The translations under genes were made by a program, and so were the position numbers. From contig JALSJH010000022.1 in assembly GCA_026989455.1 (NCBI GenBank), forward strand, positions 29,146 to 93,145: 64,000 bases of DNA, given 5' to 3'. The stretch's first letter is position 1. Each line of letters begins with the position of its first letter. Source of the DNA: Chromatiales bacterium. Lineage in GTDB: Bacteria; Pseudomonadota; Gammaproteobacteria; RBG-16-57-12. Shown here in pieces: positions 28,471 through 38,235 of the stretch. The notes beneath the pieces were generated by a model. The model saw only the letters and a list, made by a program, of their open reading frames with translations, searched no databases and was not told the DNA's origin.

Positions 28471-30639
28471 GTGGTTATTGAAACAGGACAGGAACAAGGT
28501 ATGAACTCAAGAAGAAATGCCCCGTGTATTTGTGGAAGCGGAAAAAAATTTAAAAAATGTTGTGAAAAAAAGAAAAATCGGCGTTCTGCTAGCCCTTCAG
28601 ATGTAGAGTTTAACCCGCTTGTTAATCTCTACAATTTAGGTCGTTACAGTGAGCTGGAGCGAGGGAGCCGTTCTCTGATTGAGCAATTTCCAGACGCAGG
28701 CCTTGCTTGGAAACTTTTGAGCGTGGCCTTATTGATGCAGGGGAAAGCGGCACTGCCAGCGTTTCAGAAAACGGTGCTGTTGATGCCTGGCGATGCTCAG
28801 GCGCATTTTAATTTAGGCTCTGTTTTGAAGAATTTGGGTCGCCTTGAAGAGGCGATAGCTTGTTTTCGTAGGGCGCTTAAAATTAACCCCGCTTACAGTG
28901 AGGCATTAAGCAATATGGGCAGCGCCCAAAGTGATCTTGGCAAATTCACTGAGGCGGTGGCTAGCTTTAGTCGAGCGCTGAAAGTTGCTCCAAACAGTGC
29001 CATAGCGCATAACAATATGGGGATATCGCTGAGGAAACTTGGAAAAACAGTTGAGGCGGTGAATAGTTTTAATTGCGCGTTGAAGCTCAACTCCGGCTAT
29101 GTTGAGGCGATCAATAATTTGGGCAATGCTCAGATTGATCTTGGTCAATTCAGTGAAGCAAAGGATTGCTTTGAGCGTGTATTGGCAATTGACCCTGGCA
29201 ATGCAGCGGCTTATTGCAATTTGGGTAATGCTCAAACCGAACTTGGGGCGCTTAATGAAGCGGTTGATTGCTTTAGGCATGCACTGACCATTAATCCAAG
29301 ATTCTCAAAAGCATTAAATAATTTGGCTAATGTACAGTGTGATTTTGGTCAGCTTGACAATGCGATAGAGAGCATTCGTCAAGCTTTGAAAATAGACCCT
29401 GAATTTCCTACGGCCTTTAGTAGTCTGCTTTTTCTGCAGAACTACTCTGCCGCGCACATCTCCCCCTCTTTTTTAGAGGACGCTGATCAGTATGGTCAAA
29501 TGGTCACTAAAAAAGCGCTATCGCCATTTACTTCATGGCGGTGTGCCGCTTCTCCCGAGCGATTGCGTGTCGGTATTGTCTCAGGAGATTTGCGTGCTCA
29601 CCCTGTTGGATATTTTTTAGAAGGGCTGTTGGCTCAAATAGATCCTACAAAAATTGAGTTAATTGCTTACCCTACTCACCCCAAGTCTGATGAGCTCACT
29701 GATCGTATAAAGCCGCTATTTAGCAGCTGCAAACCACTGTTTGGCCAAAGTGACCAAGCCGCTGCAGAGCTAATACAGGGAGATGCGGTACATGTTTTGA
29801 TTGATCTTTCTGGGCACTCGATACATAACCGGTTGCCGGTATTTGCATGGAAACCTGCGCCGGTGCAGGTGAGTTGGTTGGGCTATTTTGCAACCACGGG
29901 CGTGAAAGAGATCGATTATCTGTTAGCCGATAAGATCTGCGTACCCGAAGAGCGGCAGGGTGATTTCAGTGAAAAGGTGTGGTATTTGCCGGATACTCGA
30001 TTGTGTTTTACACCACCAGAGGGCGCGTCTACAGTCGTAACCCTGCCCGCGTTGAAAAATGGTTTTATCACTTTTGGTTGTTTTCAGGTCTTAGCAAAGG
30101 TTAATGATGAAGTGCTTGATGCATGGTCAAAGATACTCTCTGCTTTACCCGATGCTCGCTTGCGTTGGCAATGCAAGCAATTTGCAAGTGCTGATGTGGT
30201 GGAAAAGGTCACTCAACGCATGCAGCAGCATGGAATCAATCTTGAACAGGTTGATATGTATGAAGCAATATCTCGAGAGGCTTATCTGATGTCACACTCT
30301 AATATCGATATGATATTGGATACATTCCCCTACCCCGGGGGGACGACAACGTGTGAGGCGCTATGGATGGGGGTGCCGACACTGACACTGGCTGGGGAGG
30401 CGCTGCTGGCCAAGCAGGGGGAGAGCATAAATAGGGTCGTAGGATTAGATGAGTGGGTCGTGAGCAGTGCAGCGGACTACATTGAAAAGGCGGTTACCTT
30501 GACTAACGATCTGCCTCGGTTGGCAGCACTTCGTTCTGGGTTGCGTGAGCAAATTAGCTCATCACCACTGTTCGACTCTGCTCGATTTTCAAGGAATTTA
30601 GAAAATGCATTGTGGGGAATGTGGCAGGGGCGAGCTTAG
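28471..30639 (+). CDS. SEC-C motif / TPR repeat / GT41 (O-GlcNAc-transferase-like, SPINDLY family) protein
   Basis: N-terminal CICGSGKKFKKCC (SEC-C metal-binding motif), about 8 TPR repeats, and a C-terminal COG3914-like glycosyltransferase domain. Confidence 0.8.
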   Translation: MVIETGQEQGMNSRRNAPCICGSGKKFKKCCEKKKNRRSASPSDVEFNPLVNLYNLGRYSELERGSRSLIEQFPDAGLAWKLLSVALLMQGKAALPAFQKTVLLMPGDAQAHFNLGSVLKNLGRLEEAIACFRRALKINPAYSEALSNMGSAQSDLGKFTEAVASFSRALKVAPNSAIAHNNMGISLRKLGKTVEAVNSFNCALKLNSGYVEAINNLGNAQIDLGQFSEAKDCFERVLAIDPGNAAAYCNLGNAQTELGALNEAVDCFRHALTINPRFSKALNNLANVQCDFGQLDNAIESIRQALKIDPEFPTAFSSLLFLQNYSAAHISPSFLEDADQYGQMVTKKALSPFTSWRCAASPERLRVGIVSGDLRAHPVGYFLEGLLAQIDPTKIELIAYPTHPKSDELTDRIKPLFSSCKPLFGQSDQAAAELIQGDAVHVLIDLSGHSIHNRLPVFAWKPAPVQVSWLGYFATTGVKEIDYLLADKICVPEERQGDFSEKVWYLPDTRLCFTPPEGASTVVTLPALKNGFITFGCFQVLAKVNDEVLDAWSKILSALPDARLRWQCKQFASADVVEKVTQRMQQHGINLEQVDMYEAISREAYLMSHSNIDMILDTFPYPGGTTTCEALWMGVPTLTLAGEALLAKQGESINRVVGLDEWVVSSAADYIEKAVTLTNDLPRLAALRSGLREQISSSPLFDSARFSRNLENALWGMWQGRA

Positions 30640-30649
30640 CCCAAATAAC

Positions 30650-31096
30650 TCATGAATTATCCGGGTTAAGTCTCACTCCATTGGTATGTTCGTCTAGCTC
30701 TGAAAAGAAGTCGTCACCCTGCTGGATGGTGCGCCGCTCACTCTTGCGGCGCTCTGTCTTGCTCCAGGGACGCTCGCGCCAATTGACTGCGCGTCGCTCA
30801 TTCATATACCCCCGAGTGTGGTGCTCTCTTACAATCAACCGGTGACCCTCTACGGTTTTTAAGTTGAGCCGTCGAATGGCGAGCAGTGCAATTTCATTGG
30901 TTTCAATGTGTACCACAAAATAGCGCCGGGGCTTACCGGATACCCGTTTTATAATCTGCTTGACCTGTACTTTGTGAATGCCTAGGCGTTTCCAGAAAAA
31001 AAACTTCTTTCTGGATTTTGCGATTGTTCTAATGAAAAGCTGCTGTATGGTCGCCCTAGTAAAGCGGGGTGGGGCGTTTCCGACAAAGATATCCAA
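30650..31096 (-). CDS. Hypothetical RRM-like RNA-binding protein with an Arg-rich tail
   Basis: RNP-2-like DIFVGN at the N-terminus, an RNP-1-like RRYFVVHI, and a basic C-terminus. Divergent RRM with an insertion. Confidence 0.45.
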   Translation of the reverse strand: MDIFVGNAPPRFTRATIQQLFIRTIAKSRKKFFFWKRLGIHKVQVKQIIKRVSGKPRRYFVVHIETNEIALLAIRRLNLKTVEGHRLIVREHHTRGYMNERRAVNWRERPWSKTERRKSERRTIQQGDDFFSELDEHTNGVRLNPDNS

Positions 31097-31499
31097 TAGA
31101 TTGACTCCGGGCTTATGTGGATAAAATACTCCTGTATTGTCGGCGTTTTCTGCTGAGAATGTAGTGCTAATTTTAAGCTATGTTGGGTTTGGGTTGTGAG
31201 TAGCCATATGGTTCATAGGTTCTGTTCTTTGCTGGGAGATTTGGCGGATTACAGATCGGCAGTGTGAGCTATACTGGTGGGGCGAGGTTTTTTTTGTGAA
31301 CCTCCTTGCCGCATAGAGGTGTTCGCGGTGAGTGGTAATAGTGGGCGCTGGTGTTTAGTCGTTGTGGTTATGCGGCTTCAGGTGTAAGATTAGAGGGTTC
31401 TAATTTAGAATTGATCTAGATAGCTTGAGTTGAGTGGAATTTTACGGCGCGATAACTGAATTTAATTTTTAAATTCAGAGTGACAGTAGAGAGAGTGCA

Positions 31500-33923
31500 A
31501 TGGGGTTTTTCAGTAAAAAAACATCTATTCTTTTGTTGATGGCGCTGCTGGTGCCTCTTCACGCGACTGCCGAAAGAATTTCAGATATCACTAACACAAA
31601 GCATAATCTTTCAATATCCAGCCCTGGGACGGTGAAGGCTGATATCGAGAATGAGCTTTGTGTTTTTTGTCATACCCCCCATAGTGCCAATATCAGCGTG
31701 CAAGCACCGCTTTGGAATCGTGCCATATCGGGTGCTACCTATGAGATGTACAGTTCGAGCTCAATGGAGTCGAGTGTGCCGGCAGCACCTTCTAACTCTT
31801 CGAAGCTCTGTTTAAGTTGCCATGATGGTGTGCTTGCGGTCGGCTCTGTCAATGTCCTTAACGGCCAGTTTACCGATCAGGTGGCAGAGAGTGAAGATAT
31901 TGCCATGAGTGGAACCGGCCTTGCGGGTGTTATGCCGGATGGCTCGGGTGCTAATAGCGGTTTTACCCGTAACTTGGGGGTAAACCTGACCAATGATCAC
32001 CCCATCTCATTTGCCTACGATAGTACGCTGGTTTTAAATGATGGCGAGTTACGTGATCCACTGGCAACACCCGCTATTGGTGTGCGCTCGCCGGGTGTGA
32101 GGCCGAGCATTCCGTTGATTGTTGATCATGTTGATGGTGCTGCCAAGCTTGAATGTGTGAGCTGTCACGATCCCCATATTCGGGACGACACGGGAGAGGA
32201 TATTAAATTCTTGCGTCTGAATCGTTTCCAGAATAACGCAGCGCCCGTTAACAGCGATTTTAATGCGGATAATGATATTATTTGTCTGGCTTGCCACAAT
32301 AAAGAGGGGTGGACCTATTCCGCGCATGCCAATGAGTTGGTGGCGGATGAGGTCTACACGGCCACGGCAGCAGCACAACGTGACTTCCCCAATGCGATTC
32401 CCGTGTGGCGAGCGGCCTGCCTGAATTGCCACGATACGCACACGGTGCAAGGCTCTAGGCGTTTGCTGCGAGAGGGGACGGATAGCACCACATCGCCTAA
32501 ATCTGGGGGCGGCTCTGCTATTGAAGAGAGTTGTTACCAGTGTCACTCAGCTACTGGTGCTACGCTCACCTCTCAGGGGCTTAATACTCAGGTTCCCGAT
32601 ATAAAAACAGATTTTATGCTAGCTCGGCGTATGCCCATTGCAACGTCCGATCAAGCGGCTACAAGCGAAGTGCATGATATCGGTACTCAAGGAGTAGGTT
32701 CGGGTAAAGATTTTCTTGAGTCTCCGCTGCTACTGGGTAAGGGTAATTTGGTTAATCGCCACGTTGAGTGTACCGATTGTCATAATCCTCATCGGGTGAC
32801 TAAAAAACAGTTGGCCAATAGTGACCCTAGCTTACCTGATAGTAGCGGCACCCATGTGCATACGGCAGGGGTTATGCATACCAATATTGCTTCTGGTGTG
32901 TTGCGAGGTTCTTGGGGGGTAGAGCCGGTCTATGTTCAGACCGAATTCAATACTTCTCCCATCAATTTTGAAATTAAAAAAGGACTCCCTGGAGCCACTA
33001 TGAACGTGACCGATGGCTGGGTGAGTCGTGAATATCAGGTCTGTTTGAAGTGTCACTCTAATTACGGCTTTGATGATGCTAATCCGCCTCAATTAGGTTC
33101 GTTTATCGGTGGAACCCCCTCAGGCACTAACGGTGTCACGGAGTACACCAATCAGGCGATGGAGTTTCAAGCGCCTGTTAACCACCAAGGTGAGGGTACT
33201 GCGCTGGGTACGGGTGCTCACGCCAATTATGCTACAAACAACCACCGCTCTTGGCACCCGGTGATGGGTGAGACTGGCCGTACCCCGGTTGAGCGGGGTG
33301 GGCTTGATGCCAATATTTTCTTGCCGCCTTTTAATACCGGGGTTGGCTCCCAAACCATGTATTGCTCAGACTGTCACGGTTCGGATACGGCGGCAGGTAC
33401 CGTGGTTCCAAATGGTGGTGAGAATGGTAATCCTTGGGGGCCACACGGCTCCAATAACAACTTCCTGCTTAAAGGTGGTTGGGATAATGAAACTGGCACT
33501 GGGCGCGCGGGTGATCTTTGCTTTAAGTGTCACAGCTACAATGACTATGCAGATCCTAATAATAATAACCCTCAGTTAAGTGGCTTTCGAGGCAGTGGCG
33601 GGCGTTGCGGGATGTCTTCAGCATTGATTTCAAGGAATCTGCACACCGCCCATGCGCGGCGTCTTGGTCGCATGGAGTGCACCTGGTGTCATGTGTCGGT
33701 GCCCCATGGCTGGAAAAACAAAGCCTTGCTGGTTAACCTCAATGATGTAGGCCCCGAGGCGGGTTTGCCTGCGGGTACGAGTGTCTCTACACCGTATACC
33801 AATGGGCCGTATTACAATCAAAGCATGTTGAAGGTTACCAACTTTGCGGTGAGTGGTAGCTGGGTTTCATCTGACTGTACCAGTCGTATGTGGATGATGA
33901 TGAGTTGTGGTAACCCGCCTTAG
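31500..33923 (+). CDS. Secreted undecaheme c-type cytochrome (doubled CXXCH family)
   Basis: Signal peptide and 11 CxxCH motifs, several of them as CxxCHxPH. Confidence 0.85.
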   Translation: MGFFSKKTSILLLMALLVPLHATAERISDITNTKHNLSISSPGTVKADIENELCVFCHTPHSANISVQAPLWNRAISGATYEMYSSSSMESSVPAAPSNSSKLCLSCHDGVLAVGSVNVLNGQFTDQVAESEDIAMSGTGLAGVMPDGSGANSGFTRNLGVNLTNDHPISFAYDSTLVLNDGELRDPLATPAIGVRSPGVRPSIPLIVDHVDGAAKLECVSCHDPHIRDDTGEDIKFLRLNRFQNNAAPVNSDFNADNDIICLACHNKEGWTYSAHANELVADEVYTATAAAQRDFPNAIPVWRAACLNCHDTHTVQGSRRLLREGTDSTTSPKSGGGSAIEESCYQCHSATGATLTSQGLNTQVPDIKTDFMLARRMPIATSDQAATSEVHDIGTQGVGSGKDFLESPLLLGKGNLVNRHVECTDCHNPHRVTKKQLANSDPSLPDSSGTHVHTAGVMHTNIASGVLRGSWGVEPVYVQTEFNTSPINFEIKKGLPGATMNVTDGWVSREYQVCLKCHSNYGFDDANPPQLGSFIGGTPSGTNGVTEYTNQAMEFQAPVNHQGEGTALGTGAHANYATNNHRSWHPVMGETGRTPVERGGLDANIFLPPFNTGVGSQTMYCSDCHGSDTAAGTVVPNGGENGNPWGPHGSNNNFLLKGGWDNETGTGRAGDLCFKCHSYNDYADPNNNNPQLSGFRGSGGRCGMSSALISRNLHTAHARRLGRMECTWCHVSVPHGWKNKALLVNLNDVGPEAGLPAGTSVSTPYTNGPYYNQSMLKVTNFAVSGSWVSSDCTSRMWMMMSCGNPP

Positions 33924-34314
33924 ACTGAATGATTCGTAAGTTATACGCACTTTCACTTGTCCACTGATTTCATGGAGCCTTCCTCATGGAGACTCTGGAG
34001 AAGTGATTGATGCTACCTTCTTCGCCCCCACCACCATGCGTGATTTTTATAAAAACCTCTAAGCTAATGGCCGGAAAAACACTCCTCTCTGATTGCCTGT
34101 CTTCTGTTTATATAGGCTATTTTCAACCCATCCAGTTCACACCCAGCATAGCAAGGTGTAAGAAGCTTGGGTGGGTGGTGGGTGGCTCCTCTGTTTTCTG
34201 ATCATTGGTAATCGTAGATGAATAGTATTGAAACTATCGATTGGCTTTAGGGTTGAATCGTATATACTCTTGGCTTCGACGAATTCAATCAACCACAGCA
34301 GGAGTGAGCTGACT

Positions 34315-35727
34315 ATGGCAAAGAAATATGATGCCGGTGTAAAAGAGTACCGCGATGTGTACTGGGCTGCGGATTATGTTCCGCTTGATACTGATCTTTT
34401 GGCATGCTTCAAGGTTACACCTCAAGATGGTGTACCGAATGAAGAGGCTGCTGCTGCTGTTGCGGCTGAGTCGTCAACAGGTACTTGGAGTACTGTATGG
34501 TCAGAGCTATTGACCGATATGGAGTTCTATAAAGGTCGTGCGTATCGCATTGAAGATGTTCCCGGTGACAAAGAGGCTTTCTACGCGTTCATCGCATATC
34601 CTCTCGATCTGTTCGAAGAGGGTTCAGTTGTCAACGTATTGACTTCATTAGTAGGTAACGTATTCGGCTTTAAAGCGATTAAGTTCCTGCGTCTGGAAGA
34701 TATCCGTTTCCCAATCGCATTTGTTAAGACTTGCCTCGGCCCACCAAGCGGCATCCAGGTAGAGCGTGACAAGTTGAATAAATACGGTCGCCCAATGCTG
34801 GGTTGTACTATCAAGCCTAAATTGGGTCTTTCTGCTAAAAACTACGGTCGTGCTGTTTATGAGTGTCTTCGTGGTGGTCTTGATCTGACTAAAGATGATG
34901 AGAATGTTAACTCTCAGCCGTTCATGCGCTGGCAGAATCGTTTCGAGTTTGTTGCGATGGCAGTAGAGAAAGCTCAGGCAGAGACAGGCGAAGTTAAGGG
35001 TCATTATCTGAATGTTACGGCTAATACACCTGAAGAGATGTATGAGCGTGCTGACTTCGCTAAGGATCTGGGTCAGCCAGTTATCATGCATGACTTCCTG
35101 ACAGGCGGTTTCACGGCTAATGGCGGTTTGGCTGCATGGTGTCGCAAGCACGGTATTTTGCTGCACATCCATCGTGCAATGCACGCAGTAATCGATCGTA
35201 ATCCTAAGCATGGTATCCACTTCCGCGTGCTGGCTAAATGCCTGCGTCTGTCGGGTGGTGATCATCTGCATACCGGTACGGTTGTTGGTAAGTTGGAAGG
35301 TGATCGTGCTTCAACACTGGGTTATGTTGATCTGCTACGTGAGTCATTTGTTCCTGAAGATCGTCGTCGTGGTATCTTCTTCGACCAGGATTGGGGTTCA
35401 ATGCCAGGCGTATTTGCAGTAGCTTCAGGTGGTATCCATGTATGGCACATGCCTGCGCTGGTTAACATCTTTGGTGATGATTCAATTCTACAGTTTGGTG
35501 GTGGTACACAGGGTCACCCATGGGGTAACGCTGCAGGTGCAGCTGCTAACCGTGTTGCTTTGGAAGCGTGTGTTAAAGCGCGTAACGAAGGTCGCGAACT
35601 GGAGAAAGAGTCAAAAGATATTATGGAAGGCGCTGCTCGTAATAGCCCAGAGCTTGCGGTTGCGATGGAGACTTGGAAAGAGATCAAGTTTGAATTCGAA
35701 ACGGTAGATAAACTGGACCTTAACTGA
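34315..35727 (+). CDS. cbbL: RuBisCO large subunit, form IA (carboxysomal)
   Basis: [17 protein letters not shown]... and active-site motifs ([17 protein letters not shown]). RBS aggagtg. ORF 34228 was trimmed to the canonical Met. Confidence 0.98.
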   Translation: MAKKYDAGVKEYRDVYWAADYVPLDTDLLACFKVTPQDGVPNEEAAAAVAAESSTGTWSTVWSELLTDMEFYKGRAYRIEDVPGDKEAFYAFIAYPLDLFEEGSVVNVLTSLVGNVFGFKAIKFLRLEDIRFPIAFVKTCLGPPSGIQVERDKLNKYGRPMLGCTIKPKLGLSAKNYGRAVYECLRGGLDLTKDDENVNSQPFMRWQNRFEFVAMAVEKAQAETGEVKGHYLNVTANTPEEMYERADFAKDLGQPVIMHDFLTGGFTANGGLAAWCRKHGILLHIHRAMHAVIDRNPKHGIHFRVLAKCLRLSGGDHLHTGTVVGKLEGDRASTLGYVDLLRESFVPEDRRRGIFFDQDWGSMPGVFAVASGGIHVWHMPALVNIFGDDSILQFGGGTQGHPWGNAAGAAANRVALEACVKARNEGRELEKESKDIMEGAARNSPELAVAMETWKEIKFEFETVDKLDLN

Positions 35728-35761
35728 GTTTGTCAACGTCATCAAAGATTAGGAGAAAGCA

Positions 35762-36109
35762 ATGATTTCAAATAACACTATGGGTGATTATCGTACTACC
35801 CAGACTCTGGAAACTTTTTCTTTCCTGCCACCGCTGACACAGCAGGAAGTTCATGACCAGATTGCTTATATGATCGCTGAAGGTTTAACCCCTGCGATTG
35901 AGCATGAAGATCCATCAAAAGCCACTAGCTACTACTGGACTATGTGGAAACTTCCCTTCTTCGGTGAGAAAGATTTGAATGCAGTGGTTGCTGAGCTTGA
36001 GTCTTGTCACCGTACATACCCTGATCACCATGTTCGTCTGATCGGTTATGACAGCTATACCCAAAGTCAGGGTGTTTGCTTTGTCGTATACCGTGGTAAG
36101 ACGTGGTAA
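35762..36109 (+). CDS. cbbS: RuBisCO small subunit
   Basis: 115 aa. [12 protein letters not shown]...YYW.MWKLP is typical of form IA CbbS. Confidence 0.95.
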   Translation: MISNNTMGDYRTTQTLETFSFLPPLTQQEVHDQIAYMIAEGLTPAIEHEDPSKATSYYWTMWKLPFFGEKDLNAVVAELESCHRTYPDHHVRLIGYDSYTQSQGVCFVVYRGKTW

Positions 36110-36122
36110 GACGTGGTTGATG

Positions 36123-36164
36123 GATTGGCAGTGGAGCTAACGTGTTAGTTAGTTGCTGCCAATC
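36123..36164 (+). other. Intergenic hairpin between cbbS and csoS2
   Basis: gattggcag ... ctgccaatc inverted repeat (9-bp stem). Confidence 0.4.
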
Positions 36165-36196
36165 AGGGTTTGTCAGTAATAGATGGGGTAATAGTA

Positions 36197-38128
36197 ATGG
36201 CCATTAAAGATTTATCAGGACGTAATGCCGCCAAAGCCCGTCGCGATGCGCAACTTAACGGCTCCGCGACACTGCCGGCTAAGGCCAGCTCGAGCACTGC
36301 TCCACGGGTTCGCCCAAAGAGAAGTGCAAGTGCTGATAGCCAGCCCTCGGTCACTGTGACAGCCAAGCCAACTATTAGTAATGCACCTCGTGCCAAAGTG
36401 AAGACAGCGAGTGCCGGTCGTGAAGCATCACGCTCACGCCGTCACGCGATGTCTTCTCGCGGCAAGAGTGGCGTTGCCAGTAGTGATCGTCAGCGTGTTT
36501 TGGATGTTGCGCGCACTGCTCGTAAGAGTGCTCAAACTCAAGATTGCGGTTGTGGTTGCAAAGGTAAAGGCGATTGTGGTGATGCCGGTGTAGCAGTGAA
36601 TTCTGCGCCAGCGGTATCAACAGCAAATGCATCGGCAACACCGCGCCGCAGTCGCCATGATATTAAGGTGGTAACGGCGAGTAGTGCGGGTCGCATCAAT
36701 TCAAAAATGCGTCGCGATGCGATGGCAGCACACGGTAAAACAGGTGTGGATAGCTACCGTAAAGGGGTTAGTTCAGCGCAGATGGTGCGCAAGCAAAACC
36801 CTGATATTACCGGTCGTGAATTGGCGCGCACCGTGCGTGCTCAGCGCAGTGTTAGTGGTGGCAGCCAGAGTGCGGCGCGCTCGACAGGTCGCCGCCGTCC
36901 GGAACGCCCTGGGAGAGACGTGAGTGGCACCGTTGTGTCGCACAGCGAAAAAACCACGGGTGATGAGACGGGGCTTTGTCGTTCAGTGACGGGGACAGAC
37001 TACTTCTCAAGTGAGGTTTTTACTGAGTTTTGTCAGGACGAGGCACCTAATGTGCCGCGTAAAGTCGAAGCCAGTGAGAATCTGAGTGGTGGAGTGATTA
37101 CCGCGAGTGGCAAGGTAGGTCTTAGCGAAAAGGTGACGGGTAATGATCGCGGTAGTTGTAATGCGGTTACCGGTATTGAGTATGTGGGTCGTGAGCAGTA
37201 TGACAACTTTTGCAGCAGCAAGCCTGAGCCAGGCAGTGCAAAAGTAAGCTTTTCACAGACAACGCGTGGTCAGGTTGTATCGGGTTCCAAGCCAGCAAGA
37301 TCAGATCGGGTTAGTGGCAACGAAGCAGGTTCATGCGAAGTTGTTACCGGCACGCCCTATACCGGTACTGAGCACTATCAAAAGTACTGTGATACGGGCG
37401 CTGTCAAACAGGTCAAGCTGCGCACTGTGCGCCCTGCTGTTAATGCCGGGCGTGATATTACTGGTGTTCAGCCAGGTGTTACCAGTTTGACGGGTGCTGG
37501 CAAAGGTGTCTGCAGCGAAGTGAGTGGTACTGCATATCTTGGTGCCGAGCAGCAGGTTGAAGCTTGTGGTGTGTCACCAGCGGCAGTAAATGAGCCAGAC
37601 TTTCCGCAGCCATTGACGGATGCCCCTTGGGGTGCGTTCAGTGTAGTTGCTCCCGCTCAGGCGAGTCAGCCTGTTCAGGAGAGTCGACCAACAGCGATAT
37701 CGGATTCAGTTACCGGTATTCGTTATGAGCAAGGCCGCGTCAGTGGTACTTTCTCTCTTGGTGAGGGTAAGATTACCGGAACTGAACAGTTTCGTTTTGG
37801 TAATCCAAAGAGTCGCAACGAGACAGTAGCTACTAGTGCGAAAGCTGCACCGGTGGAAGATGTCGTCTCAAAAGTGACAGGTGAAGGTCTTGATGCAGGT
37901 TTGAAAATAACCGGCAATGATTGGAACCGAGGTGATCGAGTGACGGGAACGGAAGGTAGGTCTGCGGTTAAGCGCAACCCTACACGACGTGGCCCTGTTA
38001 GTGCGATGCCTTCTTCAGAACCTAAGCGTAATGAAGATGTTGATCGTAATGATATCAACGTTACCGGTGGAAGTGGCAGCACAGAAAGTGGTGCCCTGGT
38101 GACGCTATCAGGCGGTGCCCGAGGGTAA
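36197..38128 (+). CDS. csoS2: Carboxysome assembly protein CsoS2
   Basis: N-terminal Arg-rich repeats (RxxxxxRxxxxxGK-like, e.g. GRNAAKARRDAQLNGS). Middle repeats with paired Cys and VTG/VSG motifs. No other homolog class shows this pattern. The start was trimmed to MAIKDLSG. Confidence 0.9.
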   Translation: MAIKDLSGRNAAKARRDAQLNGSATLPAKASSSTAPRVRPKRSASADSQPSVTVTAKPTISNAPRAKVKTASAGREASRSRRHAMSSRGKSGVASSDRQRVLDVARTARKSAQTQDCGCGCKGKGDCGDAGVAVNSAPAVSTANASATPRRSRHDIKVVTASSAGRINSKMRRDAMAAHGKTGVDSYRKGVSSAQMVRKQNPDITGRELARTVRAQRSVSGGSQSAARSTGRRRPERPGRDVSGTVVSHSEKTTGDETGLCRSVTGTDYFSSEVFTEFCQDEAPNVPRKVEASENLSGGVITASGKVGLSEKVTGNDRGSCNAVTGIEYVGREQYDNFCSSKPEPGSAKVSFSQTTRGQVVSGSKPARSDRVSGNEAGSCEVVTGTPYTGTEHYQKYCDTGAVKQVKLRTVRPAVNAGRDITGVQPGVTSLTGAGKGVCSEVSGTAYLGAEQQVEACGVSPAAVNEPDFPQPLTDAPWGAFSVVAPAQASQPVQESRPTAISDSVTGIRYEQGRVSGTFSLGEGKITGTEQFRFGNPKSRNETVATSAKAAPVEDVVSKVTGEGLDAGLKITGNDWNRGDRVTGTEGRSAVKRNPTRRGPVSAMPSSEPKRNEDVDRNDINVTGGSGSTESGALVTLSGGARG

Positions 38129-38235
38129 TCGCAAAGCGATCTATAGTGTCGAGTGGTGAGGCGCAGTTTGTGCCTTGCCCCTCAGCTCTTAAATGAAGTG
38201 ATGTTTAACAAGAATTTTGGGTAGGCGGGTTGAGA

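Noticed and set aside
33924-34314. Direct repeat tcatggag ... tcatggag upstream of cbbL as a CbbR site
   Set aside because: It does not fit the T-N11-A LysR consensus clearly enough to call. It is noted only as part of the cso promoter region.
34648-35271. 207-aa minus-strand ORF inside cbbL (and similar antisense ORFs 4302-4892, 4855-5466, 32049-32546, 36375-36641, 38744-39196)
   Set aside because: These are shadow ORFs fully embedded in well-supported genes on the opposite strand. They are low complexity with no recognisable motifs.
36170-36196. Longer csoS2 start at 36170 (and cbbL start at 34228, csoSCA at 38230)
   Set aside because: Canonical N-termini (MAKKYDAG for CbbL, MAIKDLSG for CsoS2) and RBS placement favour the internal start codons.
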